Positions 22,948 through 33,296 of a DNA stretch of 64,000 nucleotides are shown in pieces (within the stretch, counting starts at the first letter, position 1; each line of letters begins with the position of its first letter). The notes under the pieces were generated by a model, which did not search any database, was not told the origin of the DNA, and worked only from the letters and a program-made list of their open reading frames with translations. Source of the DNA: an uncultured Acidobacteriota bacterium (GTDB lineage Bacteria > Acidobacteriota > JAQAZP01). A program made the position numbers and the translations under genes. The stretch spans positions 608,001 through 672,000 of the forward strand of contig CAWIIB010000001.1 in assembly GCA_963836075.1 (NCBI GenBank), in the 5' to 3' direction.

Positions 22948-22962
22948 CCGGCCCCTATCCGC

Positions 22963-23628
22963 TCAACAGAGCTTGAGCACTTCGCGGACCATTCTGGTTA
23001 TACCGGTGTTCACCTCGCCGATCCGCTGGGCCACCATGTAGGCCGGGGTGCTGACCACCTTGTTCTCGGCGTCCACCACCGCTTCCTCGGCCCCGGCGTT
23101 CCGGTGCACCGCGCCCCACTTCTCCAGGGCCGCGGCGGTATCCGGGTCGTTGCCGATGGTCAGGGTCAGCGAGATCCCCGAACCATCGAAAGCCTTGGCC
23201 ACCGCCGCCGGGGCAATGCAGGCGGCGCCGATGGGCTTGCCGGCGGCGGCGCAGTCCAGCAGCAGCCTTTTGAGGTCCGGGTCGACGTCGCAGTCCTCGC
23301 CCTGGAAGGCGTAACTGCAGAGGTTCTTGGCGGCGCCGAAGCCGCCGGGCAGCACCAGGGCGTCGAAATCGGCGGCCGTCACGCCGGCCAGCGGCAGCAC
23401 CGGCCCCCGGGCGATGCGGGCCGACTCCTCCAGCACGCTGCGCCGCGCCCCCTCCTCCGGTTCGCCTTTCTGGTGGTTGACCACGTGGGCCTGGTCCTTG
23501 TCCGGTGCGATACAGACGATCTCGGCCCCCTCCCCGTCCAGGGCCAGCAGGGTGCACACCGATTCGTGGATCTCGGCTCCGTCATAGACGCCGCAGCCGG
23601 AAAGAACAACACCTACCTTTTTCGCCAT
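22963..23628 (-). CDS. elbB: Glyoxalase ElbB (DJ-1/PfpI family)
   Basis: LSGCGVYDGAEIHE, ESARIARG, PGGFGAAKNL, CIAP, STPAYM. Confidence 0.92.
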   Translation of the reverse strand: MAKKVGVVLSGCGVYDGAEIHESVCTLLALDGEGAEIVCIAPDKDQAHVVNHQKGEPEEGARRSVLEESARIARGPVLPLAGVTAADFDALVLPGGFGAAKNLCSYAFQGEDCDVDPDLKRLLLDCAAAGKPIGAACIAPAAVAKAFDGSGISLTLTIGNDPDTAAALEKWGAVHRNAGAEEAVVDAENKVVSTPAYMVAQRIGEVNTGITRMVREVLKLC

Positions 23629-23702
23629 TGGTCTGGCCTCCGCTGAATCGTCCTCGGTTGTTTCGTGTCTGCCGCAATTGTACCCCCGGGACCCGGGGAC
23701 GT

Positions 23703-24602
23703 TCAACCGCGCGGCCTGGTCAGCACCAGTCCGGCCCACTCGCCGTCGATCACGCGGTTCAGGCAGTGCAGCCCGCGGGCGCGGTAGGCGGCGAGCACCT
23801 CACGCTCCTCGTCCCCGGCGAGGATGCCGGCCAGCAGCAGGCGGCCGCCGGGCTCCAGCAGCGGACCGGCCAGCACCGGCGCCATCCTGATCAGCGTGCT
23901 GCCGAGAATGTTGGCCGCCACCAGGGGGAAGGACCGTCGGAGCGCTGCCCCGGGGTCCGCGCTCACCAGCAGGTCCACCCGGTGGGCCAGCTGGTGGCCG
24001 GCGATATTGTCAGCGGCCACCGCCACGGCCTGGGGATCGATATCGGTCCCCACCACCCGCGGGCAGCCCAGCAGGGCGGCGGCCAGGGCCAGGATGCCCG
24101 ACCCGGTGCCCACGTCGAGAAAATCGGTCCCCTCCCCGGCAGCCTCCTCCAGCTGCCGCAGGCAGAAGAGGGTGGTTTCGTGGTGCCCGGTGCCGAATGC
24201 CAGTCCCGGTGTGATACGCAGCACCTTACGGCCGGCGTATTCCTCGGGCACCGGATCCCCTTCCCCGGGGATCACCAGCAAACGGCGGCCCACCGGAAAG
24301 GGCTGCTGCCCCTCCCGCCAGCGGGCCAGCCAGTCCTCGCTCTGCTGGTTTCCGGCCTCCACCTCCAGCTGCTGGTCCGGATCGAGACCGGCGGCCATCC
24401 CTGCCAGGCGGGCAGCGGCCTCGTCCCGTGCTGCATTGTCGCTGAACCAGGCGGTGAGCTGCGGGGCGGCCCGCAGGTCCTGCGCCGATCCCACACTGTC
24501 CGATGAGGTGCCGCTGCAGCCGCAGGAGAAGAGCACGGCGGTCACCTGCTCTCCCAGTGACTGGGTGAGAGTGATCCGCAGATAGGGCCACGTCTGTTTC
24601 AT
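23703..24602 (-). CDS. prmA: Ribosomal protein L11 methyltransferase
   Basis: PGLAFGTGHHETT, LDVGTGSGIL, VAANI; follows dnaJ. Confidence 0.92.
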   Translation of the reverse strand: MKQTWPYLRITLTQSLGEQVTAVLFSCGCSGTSSDSVGSAQDLRAAPQLTAWFSDNAARDEAAARLAGMAAGLDPDQQLEVEAGNQQSEDWLARWREGQQPFPVGRRLLVIPGEGDPVPEEYAGRKVLRITPGLAFGTGHHETTLFCLRQLEEAAGEGTDFLDVGTGSGILALAAALLGCPRVVGTDIDPQAVAVAADNIAGHQLAHRVDLLVSADPGAALRRSFPLVAANILGSTLIRMAPVLAGPLLEPGGRLLLAGILAGDEEREVLAAYRARGLHCLNRVIDGEWAGLVLTRPRG

Positions 24603-24641
24603 CTGCTCCTGGGGGTGGAGGACGAGCCGCGGGATACGATT

Positions 24642-25781
24642 CTAGTTGAAGATGTCCTTCACCTTGGCGAAGAGCGTCTTCTCCCCGTTGGCCCGTTCGT
24701 TGCTCTCCAGTTCGGACAACTGCTCGAAGAGCTCTCGCGCCTCACGGCTCAGTTTTTCCGGTGTGCGCAGTTCCACCCTGGCGAAGAGGTCGCCGGTGCC
24801 GCCGCCAACGCCCTGGACGCCGGCGCCGCGGATGCGGAAGGTGGTGCCGGACTGGGTGCCCTGGGGTATCTTCAGGTCCGACCCCTCCCGGTCACCGAGC
24901 TCGGGAAGGGTCAGTTCGGTGCCCAGGGCGGCCTGGGAGAAATCGAGCGGAACGGTGCAGACCAGGTGGTTGTCCTCGCGGGAGTAGAACTCGTGGTCCC
25001 GGGCGTGGATCACCACGTAGAGATCGCCGCGCATTGCACCCCGGGGGCCGGCCTCGCCCTCGCCGGTCAGCCGCAGGCGCGAGCCGGAATCGACGCCGGC
25101 CGGAATCTTCAGTTTGAGGTCCTTGGACTTTTTCAGCAGCCCCTGGCCCTGGCAGGTTTTGCAGGGATTGGTGATCACCGAGCCCGCGCCGCCGCAGCGG
25201 GGACAGGTGCGGGCCAGGCTGAAAAACCCCTGGCGGAAGGTCACCTGTCCGGCCCCCCCGCACTCGGAGCAGCGGGACGGTCCTTCAGTCCCGGCGGCTC
25301 CGCTGCCGGAACAGTCGGTGCAGGGCTCGTGGCGGAAGAGCTGGATGCTGGTCTGGGTCCCGAACACCGCCTCTTCGAAGTCGATCTCCAGGTCGTAGCG
25401 CAGGTCCGCGCCACGCTGCACGCCGCCGCGGCCCCGCCCACGGCCGCCTCCCCGGCCAAAGATGTCGCCAAAGCCGAAAAGGTCGCCGAGAATATCACTG
25501 AAATCACCGAAAATGTTGGGGTCGAAACCGGAGAATCCCGCGCCGTTGCGGAGCCCGCCATGGCCGTACTGGTCGTAGAGCGACCGTTTCTCCGCATCAC
25601 CCAGTACGCTGTACGCCTCGGCGGCCAGCTTGAATTTCTCTTCGGCCCCCTTGTCGCCCTGGTTCTTGTCCGGGTGGTACTCCACCGCCTTGCGGCGGTA
25701 AGCCCGCTTGATCTCCTGCTCACTGGCTCCCCGGGGGATCCCCAGTACGTCGTAGTAGTCCTGTTTGGCGTTGTCGTTCAC
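24642..25781 (-). CDS. dnaJ: Chaperone DnaJ
   Basis: J domain HPD, G/F region, four CxxCxGxG repeats. Confidence 0.97.
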   Translation of the reverse strand: MNDNAKQDYYDVLGIPRGASEQEIKRAYRRKAVEYHPDKNQGDKGAEEKFKLAAEAYSVLGDAEKRSLYDQYGHGGLRNGAGFSGFDPNIFGDFSDILGDLFGFGDIFGRGGGRGRGRGGVQRGADLRYDLEIDFEEAVFGTQTSIQLFRHEPCTDCSGSGAAGTEGPSRCSECGGAGQVTFRQGFFSLARTCPRCGGAGSVITNPCKTCQGQGLLKKSKDLKLKIPAGVDSGSRLRLTGEGEAGPRGAMRGDLYVVIHARDHEFYSREDNHLVCTVPLDFSQAALGTELTLPELGDREGSDLKIPQGTQSGTTFRIRGAGVQGVGGGTGDLFARVELRTPEKLSREARELFEQLSELESNERANGEKTLFAKVKDIFN

Positions 25782-25837
25782 GTGTCGCGAAACCCCTGTG
25801 CCGCTTCAGCGCCCCCGGAGGTCAGTCCGAGCGCCCC

Positions 25838-27652
25838 TCAGTCGGAACGGCCGTCAGTGAAAAGGGAATTGGAAAGGACCTTGGAAACCAGTTGCAGCTC
25901 CGAAAGGCACTCGTTGCAGCCGGAGATGCTTCCATCGTTTATCTCCCGGCGGGCGCGCTCGAGAACGGCGCGGATCCGGGACCGCTCGCTCTCCTGCAGG
26001 ATCTCGCCGAACTCGGCGTAGCTCTTCTCAACCGAGTAGAGCAGGCCCTCGAGATTGCGGATGGTGCGCACCAGCTGGCGCCGTTTCTGGTCGTCGTCGG
26101 CATGGGTCCGGGAATCCTCGATCACCTGCTGGATCTCGTCCTCGCTCAGCCCGCCGGACGGGGTGACCTTCATCGCCTGCTCCTTGCCCGAGGTCCGGTC
26201 GCGGGCGGTGATGGAGACGATGCCGTTGGAGTCGATGGCAAAGGTGACCTCGATCTGGGCCACCCCCCGGGGAGCCGGCGGGATGCCCACCAGGTCGAAG
26301 CGGCCCAGGGAGCGGTTCTCGTCGATCACGTCCCGCTCACCCTGCAGGGCGTGGATTTCAACCTTGGTCTGGTTGTCCACCACCGTGGTGAAGACCTGGG
26401 CGCTCTTGGTGGGGATGGTGCTGTTGCGCTCGATCAGCCTGGTGAATATTCCCCCGCGGGTTTCGATACCCAGGGACAGCGGCGTCACGTCCAGCAGTAC
26501 CATGTCCTTGATCTCACCGCCGAGGATCGCGCCCTGCATCGCAGCGCCAATGCCCACCACCTCCTCGGGATTGCGGTCCCGGCTGGGCTCCCGGCCGAAG
26601 ATCTCGCGCACCAGCTCGATGACCCTGGGGGTACGGGTCTGGCCGCCCACCAGCAGAACCTTGTCGATCTGGCTGGCCTTCAGCCGGGCGGAGGTCATGG
26701 CCTCGCGACAGGGGCCCACCGTGCGCTGCACCAGGTCCTCCACCATCGATTCGAAGTGCTCCCGGGTCAGGGTGGCGTTGATGTGCTTGGCGCCGCCTTC
26801 ACCGGCGGAGATGAAGGGCAGGTTGATCTCCGCCACCTCCTCCGACGACAGCTCGCACTTGGCCTTTTCCGCTACTTCCTTCAGCCGCTGCAGGGCCATG
26901 CGGTCCTGGCGCAGGTCGGTGCCGTGTTCTTTCTGGAAGCTGGTGGCCAGCCAGTTGATGATCCGCTGGTCGAAATCCTCGCCGCCGAGGAAGGTGTCGC
27001 CGCTGGTGGACAGCACTTCGTGCACCCCCTCGCTGAGACGGAGGATGGAGACGTCGAAGGTCCCGCCGCCGAGATCGAAAACCGCCAGGGTCTCCTCCAC
27101 GGACTGGCCGGTGCCGTAGGCCAGGGAGGCTGCGGTGGGCTCGTTGATGATCCGCAGCACGTCGAGGCCGGCTATCCGGCCGGCGTCCTTGGTAGCCTGC
27201 CGCTGGGCGTCGTTGAAGTAGGCCGGGACGGTGATGATCGCCTCGTCCACCACCTCTCCCAGGTACTCCTCGGCCACCTCCTTCATGTGCGTCAGCAGCA
27301 TGGCCGAAATCTCTTCCGGGCTGTAGAGCTTGTCCTGGATGTTGATCTTCACGTCGCCGTTGTCCGCCTCGGCCAGCGAATAGGGCAGGAACTCCTCCAC
27401 CCGGCGGATCTCGTCGGAGTCGATCTTGCGGCCGATGAGCCGCTTGACGGCGTACACGGTGTTGGTGGGGTTGGTGATCGCCTGCCGTTTGGCGATCTGG
27501 CCCACCAGCCGTTCGCCGGCGAGGGTGAAACCGACCATGGAGGGGATGATGCGGCTGCCTTCCCGGCTGGGAACCACGGCCTGCTCGGAGCCCTCGGTGA
27601 CCGCGACGCAACAGTTGGTGGTCCCGAGGTCGATGCCGATGATCTTGCCCAT
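25838..27652 (-). CDS. dnaK: Chaperone DnaK (Hsp70)
   Basis: GIDLGTTN, TVPAYFND, DLGGGTFDVS, LLDVTPLSLGIE. Confidence 0.95.
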   Translation of the reverse strand: MGKIIGIDLGTTNCCVAVTEGSEQAVVPSREGSRIIPSMVGFTLAGERLVGQIAKRQAITNPTNTVYAVKRLIGRKIDSDEIRRVEEFLPYSLAEADNGDVKINIQDKLYSPEEISAMLLTHMKEVAEEYLGEVVDEAIITVPAYFNDAQRQATKDAGRIAGLDVLRIINEPTAASLAYGTGQSVEETLAVFDLGGGTFDVSILRLSEGVHEVLSTSGDTFLGGEDFDQRIINWLATSFQKEHGTDLRQDRMALQRLKEVAEKAKCELSSEEVAEINLPFISAGEGGAKHINATLTREHFESMVEDLVQRTVGPCREAMTSARLKASQIDKVLLVGGQTRTPRVIELVREIFGREPSRDRNPEEVVGIGAAMQGAILGGEIKDMVLLDVTPLSLGIETRGGIFTRLIERNSTIPTKSAQVFTTVVDNQTKVEIHALQGERDVIDENRSLGRFDLVGIPPAPRGVAQIEVTFAIDSNGIVSITARDRTSGKEQAMKVTPSGGLSEDEIQQVIEDSRTHADDDQKRRQLVRTIRNLEGLLYSVEKSYAEFGEILQESERSRIRAVLERARREINDGSISGCNECLSELQLVSKVLSNSLFTDGRSD

Positions 27653-27690
27653 GTCAGTTACGTCTCCCACAGAACAGGCCCGGACCGCAG

Positions 27691-28428
27691 CTACTCGTCG
27701 GACGGCTCGGGTGAATCGGCGTCTTCCGCGTCATTTCCCTCGTTGATCACCACCTGAACCATCGGCGACCGGATCAACCGGTCCCGCAGGTAGTAGCCCT
27801 TCTTGAGTTCGGCCACCACCGTGTTGTTCTCCTTATCCGGATCGTTGACCACCGCCACGGCCTCGTGGATGTTGGGGTCGAAGGTCTGCCCCACACAGTC
27901 AATCTCCTGCAGTCCCTGCCGGGCCAACAGGTCCACCAGTTGCTTGTGGATCAGCCGCACCCCCTCACCAAAGGTTTCGGGATCGGCCTGCTGGTTGGTG
28001 GCCAGGGCCAGCTCGAAATTGTCGATCACCGGCAGCAGTTCCTCGATCAGCGACTGGCTGGCCCGCAGGACCACCTCGCGTTTCTCCCGCTCCATCCGTT
28101 TGCGGAAGTTGATGAAATCGGCCTGGGCCCGCAACAGGTCCTCGCGCAGCCGGTCCCGTTCATCGGCCACCGCCTGCGCCGGATCGGCCTCCTCCCCGTC
28201 AACCGCGAGGAGCTCAGGTTCCACCACGTCCGCCTGCTCCGTCCCGCCGTTGCGGATCTCGTCTCCCATGGTCCTCGCTTCTCCATTGCTGCCGTCGTTG
28301 ACCTCCGGTATCTCCACCGGGTTCCCGTCGGCGTCCACCTCACGGATGATCTCCAGTTCCACCAGGTCGTTCAGGTCGCTGCCGCCACTCTCATCCCCGG
28401 CGTCCACTGGGATCTCCTTGCTCGTCAC
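27691..28428 (-). CDS. grpE: Nucleotide exchange factor GrpE
   Basis: RAQADFINFRKR, LLPVIDNFE, FDPNIHEA, KGY. Confidence 0.93.
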   Translation of the reverse strand: MTSKEIPVDAGDESGGSDLNDLVELEIIREVDADGNPVEIPEVNDGSNGEARTMGDEIRNGGTEQADVVEPELLAVDGEEADPAQAVADERDRLREDLLRAQADFINFRKRMEREKREVVLRASQSLIEELLPVIDNFELALATNQQADPETFGEGVRLIHKQLVDLLARQGLQEIDCVGQTFDPNIHEAVAVVNDPDKENNTVVAELKKGYYLRDRLIRSPMVQVVINEGNDAEDADSPEPSDE

Positions 28429-28459
28429 AACAAACTCCTCTCACCTCAACCGTTTGCGG

Positions 28460-29518
28460 TCAACCGCGGCCGTGGAGCGACAAAGTCCGGCCGATCAGTG
28501 TGCCAAACTGGTTGGCGATGTTGCCCACCAACCCGATCATCCGCGAATATTCCATCCGCTTGGGCCCCAGCACCCCCACCGAACCGATGACCCGGCCACC
28601 GATGCTGAACGGTGAGGAGACCACGCTGCAGGCTCCGAAATCGGCCATCCGGCTCTCGCTGCCGATAACGATGGATACATCGTTCAGTTCCAGGCAGGAG
28701 TTGAGCAGGGCAACCAGTTTGCTTTTCTGTTCCATTGCCTCCAGCAGGACCCGCAGCGACTGCTTCTCGGCGAACTCGGGGGCCCGCAGCATGTTCGACG
28801 TGCCCTCGAGAAAAATCTCGGAATCCTCGTCGAGGTTGGAGAAAAAGAGCCGTCCCAGGCTCAGGGCGCTCTCCACCAGCCGGTTGCAGAGCACCGACTC
28901 CTCGGTGAGCCGCCCCGAAATGTGATCGCGGACGCTGGACAACGCCCAGCCGGCATACTCGTCGGCCAGAAACCTGGAAAACTGGTCCAGCTCCTCCTGG
29001 TCGTAGTCCTCCTCCACGTCGATCATCCGGTTGTTCACCACTCCCGAAGGGGAGACCATGACCACCAGGACCTTCCGCGGGGCGAGGAGGATGAACTCCA
29101 TCTGGTGGAACAGCATGTGGTTCTTGTCCGGACCGGTGACGATGCCCACCAGGTTGGAAAAGCGGGAGAGCAGCAGCGAGGTGCCCTGCATCATATCGCG
29201 TATCTCGCCGGCCAGGCCCACCATGCCGCGGGAGATCAGCCGCTCCTCCTCCGGGGCCAGTTCGCACCCCTCGGCCAGGTTGTCCACAAAATGCCGGTAG
29301 CCCTGGTCGGTGGGGACACGGCCGGCCGAGGTGTGGGGCTGGAAGAGATAGCCCCGGTCTTCCAGGTCGGACATCACGTTGCGCAACGTGGCCGCACCCA
29401 CATCGAAACAGTCCAGGGCCGCCAGGCTCGTCGAGCCCACCGGCTCACCGGTCCGAATGTGCAGGCGCACCACCTCCCGTAAAATCTTTTCCGAACGTTC
29501 TGGGAGCGAGCCTTTCAC
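28460..29518 (-). CDS. hrcA: Heat-inducible transcription repressor HrcA
   Basis: GEPVGS, ATLRNVMSDLE, PHTSAGRVPTDQGYR, GVLGPKRMEY; GTG start inferred. Confidence 0.95.
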   Translation of the reverse strand: MKGSLPERSEKILREVVRLHIRTGEPVGSTSLAALDCFDVGAATLRNVMSDLEDRGYLFQPHTSAGRVPTDQGYRHFVDNLAEGCELAPEEERLISRGMVGLAGEIRDMMQGTSLLLSRFSNLVGIVTGPDKNHMLFHQMEFILLAPRKVLVVMVSPSGVVNNRMIDVEEDYDQEELDQFSRFLADEYAGWALSSVRDHISGRLTEESVLCNRLVESALSLGRLFFSNLDEDSEIFLEGTSNMLRAPEFAEKQSLRVLLEAMEQKSKLVALLNSCLELNDVSIVIGSESRMADFGACSVVSSPFSIGGRVIGSVGVLGPKRMEYSRMIGLVGNIANQFGTLIGRTLSLHGRG

Positions 29519-29576
29519 ATCGTTTCCTTCCCGGTCATCCCCCGGGGCTGTCCATTCGCCCCGGGCGTGCATGCGG

Positions 29577-29605
29577 TTCATAGCATCGGCAACCACCGTT
29601 GTCAA
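29577..29605 (-). promoter_or_regulatory. sigma70-type promoter of the hrcA operon
   Basis: Minus strand TTGACA-N17-TATGAA with an extended TG. Confidence 0.55.
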
Positions 29606-29721
29606 GAAACGCAGGTCCCCACGGCCGGAACGGAGGAGCCGTTCCGCTTGCGGCGTTCCCCAATCCCCTGTTACTCCGTTTCGTCACTGCCGGGCAGGGA
29701 CTTGAGACTGCACCCGCGGGT

Positions 29722-30564
29722 TCAGCGGCCGAAATTCCACTGGTCGGTGTCAAAACGGTCAGTTTCAAGCCGGGCCACGCTCTCCAGCTCACCCTCGTCC
29801 AGGGGCTGCTCCAGGAACTCGACCCCCAGGCGCCCGGCCATGCCCCGGGCCAGCAACGGCACCAGGTCGTCAATCTGCTCCACGCCAGTGCCCGCGGCCT
29901 CCCCCAGGGAGGTGAAGGGCCGCTCCCCCGCCGGGCCGGCCCCTGACTGCCCGGTGGCTCCGAGGAGCAGGTCCCAGTGAGGCACCACCGGCAGCGAGCC
30001 GTGCTGCAGGAAACGGCCCCCCATCCTCCGCTGGGAGCTGCCCAGCAGCTTGCGCCCCCGGTGGGTCAGCTCGTAGCGGGAGATGGATGAGAAACAGGGA
30101 CTGCTGCTCCCCGGCCCCTCGGCGGCCCCGCCCCCGCTGTCCGGTCGCCCGGGCAGGGCGGGCCGGGAAACCTCGGCGTCGATACCGGCCAGATTGAGGC
30201 CGCGGCACAGGCCCTCGGAGATGACGCGGTAACTCTCGGTGATCGATGCGCCGCCGGGAAAGCCGTCGGTGGCGGTGACCACGCTGTAGGTGATCTCCTG
30301 GTGGTGCAGGACGGCCCGCCCCCCGGTGGGGCGGCGCACCACGTCAATGCCGTTATCGGCACAGAACCGGCGGTCCACGGTTCGTTCAACGCGCTGCAGG
30401 TATCCGAAGGAGAGTGTGGGCCGGTTCCAGCCATAGAAACGCAAAACACCGCCGAACCTATCCGGCGGAGCGCTCTCGAGGAGATACTGGTCCACTGCCA
30501 TGTTCCACGGCCCGCGGGCCGGGCCGTGGATCAGCAGTCGCCAGGGTGTGACGGGAGACGGCAT
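29722..30564 (-). CDS. Lipoate--protein ligase/octanoyltransferase family protein (LipM-like)
   Basis: WNMAVD, LRFYGW, VRRPTGGRAVLH, KLLGSSQ, QHGS. Confidence 0.88.
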   Translation of the reverse strand: MPSPVTPWRLLIHGPARGPWNMAVDQYLLESAPPDRFGGVLRFYGWNRPTLSFGYLQRVERTVDRRFCADNGIDVVRRPTGGRAVLHHQEITYSVVTATDGFPGGASITESYRVISEGLCRGLNLAGIDAEVSRPALPGRPDSGGGAAEGPGSSSPCFSSISRYELTHRGRKLLGSSQRRMGGRFLQHGSLPVVPHWDLLLGATGQSGAGPAGERPFTSLGEAAGTGVEQIDDLVPLLARGMAGRLGVEFLEQPLDEGELESVARLETDRFDTDQWNFGR

Positions 30565-30582
30565 CGCAGCCAGGAACAGGGG

Positions 30583-31227
30583 TTACTTCTGCTCTCCCAG
30601 CGGCTTCAACTCCCCCTGGGGTGTTTTGCTTGCCGGCTTGTCGGCGGTGACCGCCGGTTTCGGGGCAGCCGGCGGAGCAGAGGGACTGCTATCCTTGGCC
30701 TTGGACACGTCGCTCATGTCGACGCTGCCCTTGAAGTGGGCACCCTCGGCAATGACGATTTTCGGTGCGTGGATGTTGCCCTCCAGAAAACCGGTGGCCA
30801 CGATCTCCACCTTGTTTTCCGAGAAGACGTTGCCGAAAACCTTGCCGCTGATGGTCACAGTGGCGGCATGGATGTCGGCTTCCACATGGCCCTTCTCGCC
30901 CACCACCAGGTTCTTCTTGAGGATGATCTTCCCTTCCACGCGCCCTTCGAGGGTCACGTCACCGTCGCCGAGAAGTTCGCCCTTGATCGTGATCTCTTGC
31001 CCGATAATGGTAATCACCCCTTTCCTCTCCATGGTCGACTGGGACTCGCCAGGTGTTCCGGTTGACATTGCGAATGGTTCACTCTTTTCCGCCGGGGCGG
31101 GTGTGGGGGCCGGCGCGCTGCTCGGTTTCCAGGGGGGGGCAGCTTTGGCCGGTTCGGTCCGGGGCCTCTCCTCCTCCCTCGGCGGCGGGTCAGCCTTCCG
31201 GTTCGTTTTGCTCCCGAAGAGGGACAT
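30583..31227 (-). CDS. Bactofilin (polymer-forming cytoskeletal protein)
   Basis: IIGQEITIKGEL...EGNIHAPKIVIAEGAHFKG beta-helix with Pro-rich tails. Confidence 0.88.
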   Translation of the reverse strand: MSLFGSKTNRKADPPPREEERPRTEPAKAAPPWKPSSAPAPTPAPAEKSEPFAMSTGTPGESQSTMERKGVITIIGQEITIKGELLGDGDVTLEGRVEGKIILKKNLVVGEKGHVEADIHAATVTISGKVFGNVFSENKVEIVATGFLEGNIHAPKIVIAEGAHFKGSVDMSDVSKAKDSSPSAPPAAPKPAVTADKPASKTPQGELKPLGEQK

Positions 31228-31335
31228 CAGACTTTCCTCACTCGATAACACATAAAGTGTCCCAGATACGCGGTCCACCGGGACCATTTCCACTGGTGGA
31301 TGAATCCTCCCCCGACCCAAGATAAATGGGGAGGT

Positions 31336-31411
31336 TGGAGCGGGCAACGGGGATCGAACCCGCGACCCCAAGCTTGGGAAGCTTGTACTCTACCAACTGA
31401 GCTACGCCCGC
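31336..31411 (-). tRNA. tRNA-Gly(CCC)
   Basis: GCGGGCGTAGCTCAGTTGGTAGAG...CAAGC TT CCC AA GCTTG...GGTTCGATCCC...GCCCGCTCCA, 76 nt. Confidence 0.97.
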
Positions 31412-31534
31412 TCTCGTTCGAGTCATTCTGTTTCTGTTTGAAACGAAGCTATCTCTATCGCATCCGACCTGGGTTGTCAACCCAAATGTCCAATCTGAAA
31501 CCCGGTTCCTGAGGCCGGCTGAAGTCCCGCACCG

Positions 31535-33265
31535 CTAGTCGCCCCGCAGCAGCTCCAGCTTGTAGAGCACCGCCTCCAGCAGCTGCCTGGCGGCCCTGGC
31601 CGCGGCCAGTTCGGCCTTGCCCGCCCGCTCGAGGACCACACAAAACGCCACCCGCGGTTCGTGGGCCGGCGCGAAGCCCACCACGATGCCGTCCAGCCCT
31701 TTCTTGCGGTCACCGCCGGTGCCGGTCTTCATCGCCAGGTCGAGGCCGTCGATGGCGGCACGGCGGCCGGTCCCCTCCTCGCTCTCCACCACTTCGAACA
31801 TGGCATCGGTGAGGGCGGCGGCCACGGCCGGTTCGATAATCGCTTCCCCCAGGACCCCGGTGGCCGTTTCGGTCACCGTCTCCCCCAGAAGGTTCTCCCG
31901 CCGCAGCAGCAGCCGCGGCTTCATCATCGTGCCGTCGTTGGCGATGGCCGCGGCGACCAGGGCCAGGTGCAGCGGGGTGCTGCCGAGGAAATCGAGGCCC
32001 ACGGAGAGGCGGGCCAGGTCCCAGGTGGAATCGGGGTCACCCAGGAACAGACCCAGTTCCATGGGTAGCAGGCCGCCCTCCAACCGGCCGCCATACCCGA
32101 AGTCTTCCAATTCCTGGACCATGCGGGCCTTGCCCAGCAGCATGCCCAGCCGGGCGTAGATCAGGTTGCAGGAAACGGCCATGGCATGCTCCACGTGGGG
32201 AATTTTCCCATGGGCCCGCCAGTCGTAGAACAGCTTCCCCTCGATGGCGGTATTCCCGGTGCACTGGAAGGGGAAGAGGTCGAAGCGCTCCAGGGACCCC
32301 TCCTCCAGGGCCGCGGCCAGGGTGATCAGCTTGATCACCGAGGCCGGCTCGTAGAGCCGCCCGAGGGCGGGGTTGGGGCCGCCGTCGGCCCCGTTGGCCG
32401 CCACGGCCAGCAGGTCACCGGTGAGCGGATCGATCACCACGATGGCGCCCCGCTGGCCGTCAAGGGCCTGGTGTGCCGCCCGCTGCAGATCCCCATCGAT
32501 GGTCAGCACGGTGATGTTGTTCCGTTCCAGGTTTCCCAGGACACCCTCCAGACCCCACTGCGGGTCGGCCCCCTGGCCCAGCAGGGAGTCCACACCCTCC
32601 TCCAGACCGTCGAAGAGGCCGCTCTCCAGATCCAGCTCGGCCAGCGGAATCCCGCTGCGGTCGAGAATCGCGGCGAAACGGCCCCGGCGGATCTTTTTCT
32701 CGGTCAGCTCGATCAGCTGCCCGGCCCGGTCCCCGAACGGCGAGATTTCCGGCCGCTGGAGCGGGGCCAGCGTACGCTTGGCCTCCTCCAGACGGTTGAG
32801 GCCGCAGTAGGCACAGCCGAGGTAGAAGTTGTATTCGTCACCGTCGATCCCCCGCTGCCCGAGATAGCGGCAGAGGAGTTCCATCGCCCGGTAGTCACCC
32901 CGCTGCAGGTAGGAGCGGGCAAAGAGCGGCCACTTCCCCGGCAAGCCCGACAGCCGAAGCAGGCAGCGGTCCGCCTCGTCGAACGCCGACGCCGCCGTCC
33001 CGTAGTCGCGGGTCTCCAGGGCCAGCAGCGCCGTTCCTTCCTCGGCCCCGCCGCGGAGGAGTTTCAGGGAGCGCGCCCTCTGGAAGCCGGCCGCGGCGCG
33101 GGCCGTGTCACCGTCCAGCAGGAAGCGGATCCCCCCCCGGACCGTGTGCATGGAGAAGAGCAGCCAGGCCACCAGGCCGATGACCAGCACTACAGCGATG
33201 CCCAGCAGGCGGCCCCGCAGTTTGGAACTCCCCTCACGTCGTCCGCCTCTGCCGTAATTTCTCAT
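31535..33265 (-). CDS. Penicillin-binding transpeptidase-domain protein with a TM anchor and TPR-like N-terminal region
   Basis: SVIK (SxxK), SCN (SxN) and KTGT motifs. Confidence 0.85.
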   Translation of the reverse strand: MRNYGRGGRREGSSKLRGRLLGIAVVLVIGLVAWLLFSMHTVRGGIRFLLDGDTARAAAGFQRARSLKLLRGGAEEGTALLALETRDYGTAASAFDEADRCLLRLSGLPGKWPLFARSYLQRGDYRAMELLCRYLGQRGIDGDEYNFYLGCAYCGLNRLEEAKRTLAPLQRPEISPFGDRAGQLIELTEKKIRRGRFAAILDRSGIPLAELDLESGLFDGLEEGVDSLLGQGADPQWGLEGVLGNLERNNITVLTIDGDLQRAAHQALDGQRGAIVVIDPLTGDLLAVAANGADGGPNPALGRLYEPASVIKLITLAAALEEGSLERFDLFPFQCTGNTAIEGKLFYDWRAHGKIPHVEHAMAVSCNLIYARLGMLLGKARMVQELEDFGYGGRLEGGLLPMELGLFLGDPDSTWDLARLSVGLDFLGSTPLHLALVAAAIANDGTMMKPRLLLRRENLLGETVTETATGVLGEAIIEPAVAAALTDAMFEVVESEEGTGRRAAIDGLDLAMKTGTGGDRKKGLDGIVVGFAPAHEPRVAFCVVLERAGKAELAAARAARQLLEAVLYKLELLRGD

Positions 33266-33296
33266 CTGATACGCTCTCCCCCCATCTGTATATCCT

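Noticed and set aside
29626-29646. Hairpin CGGAACGG-AGGAG-CCGTTCCG as an ncRNA or HrcA operator
   Set aside because: No CIRCE similarity, no U-tract and no recognisable RNA family; plausible by chance at this GC content
31336-31411. tRNA-Gly as an island integration site
   Set aside because: No duplicate of its 3' end or integrase was seen; the flanking genes look like core genes
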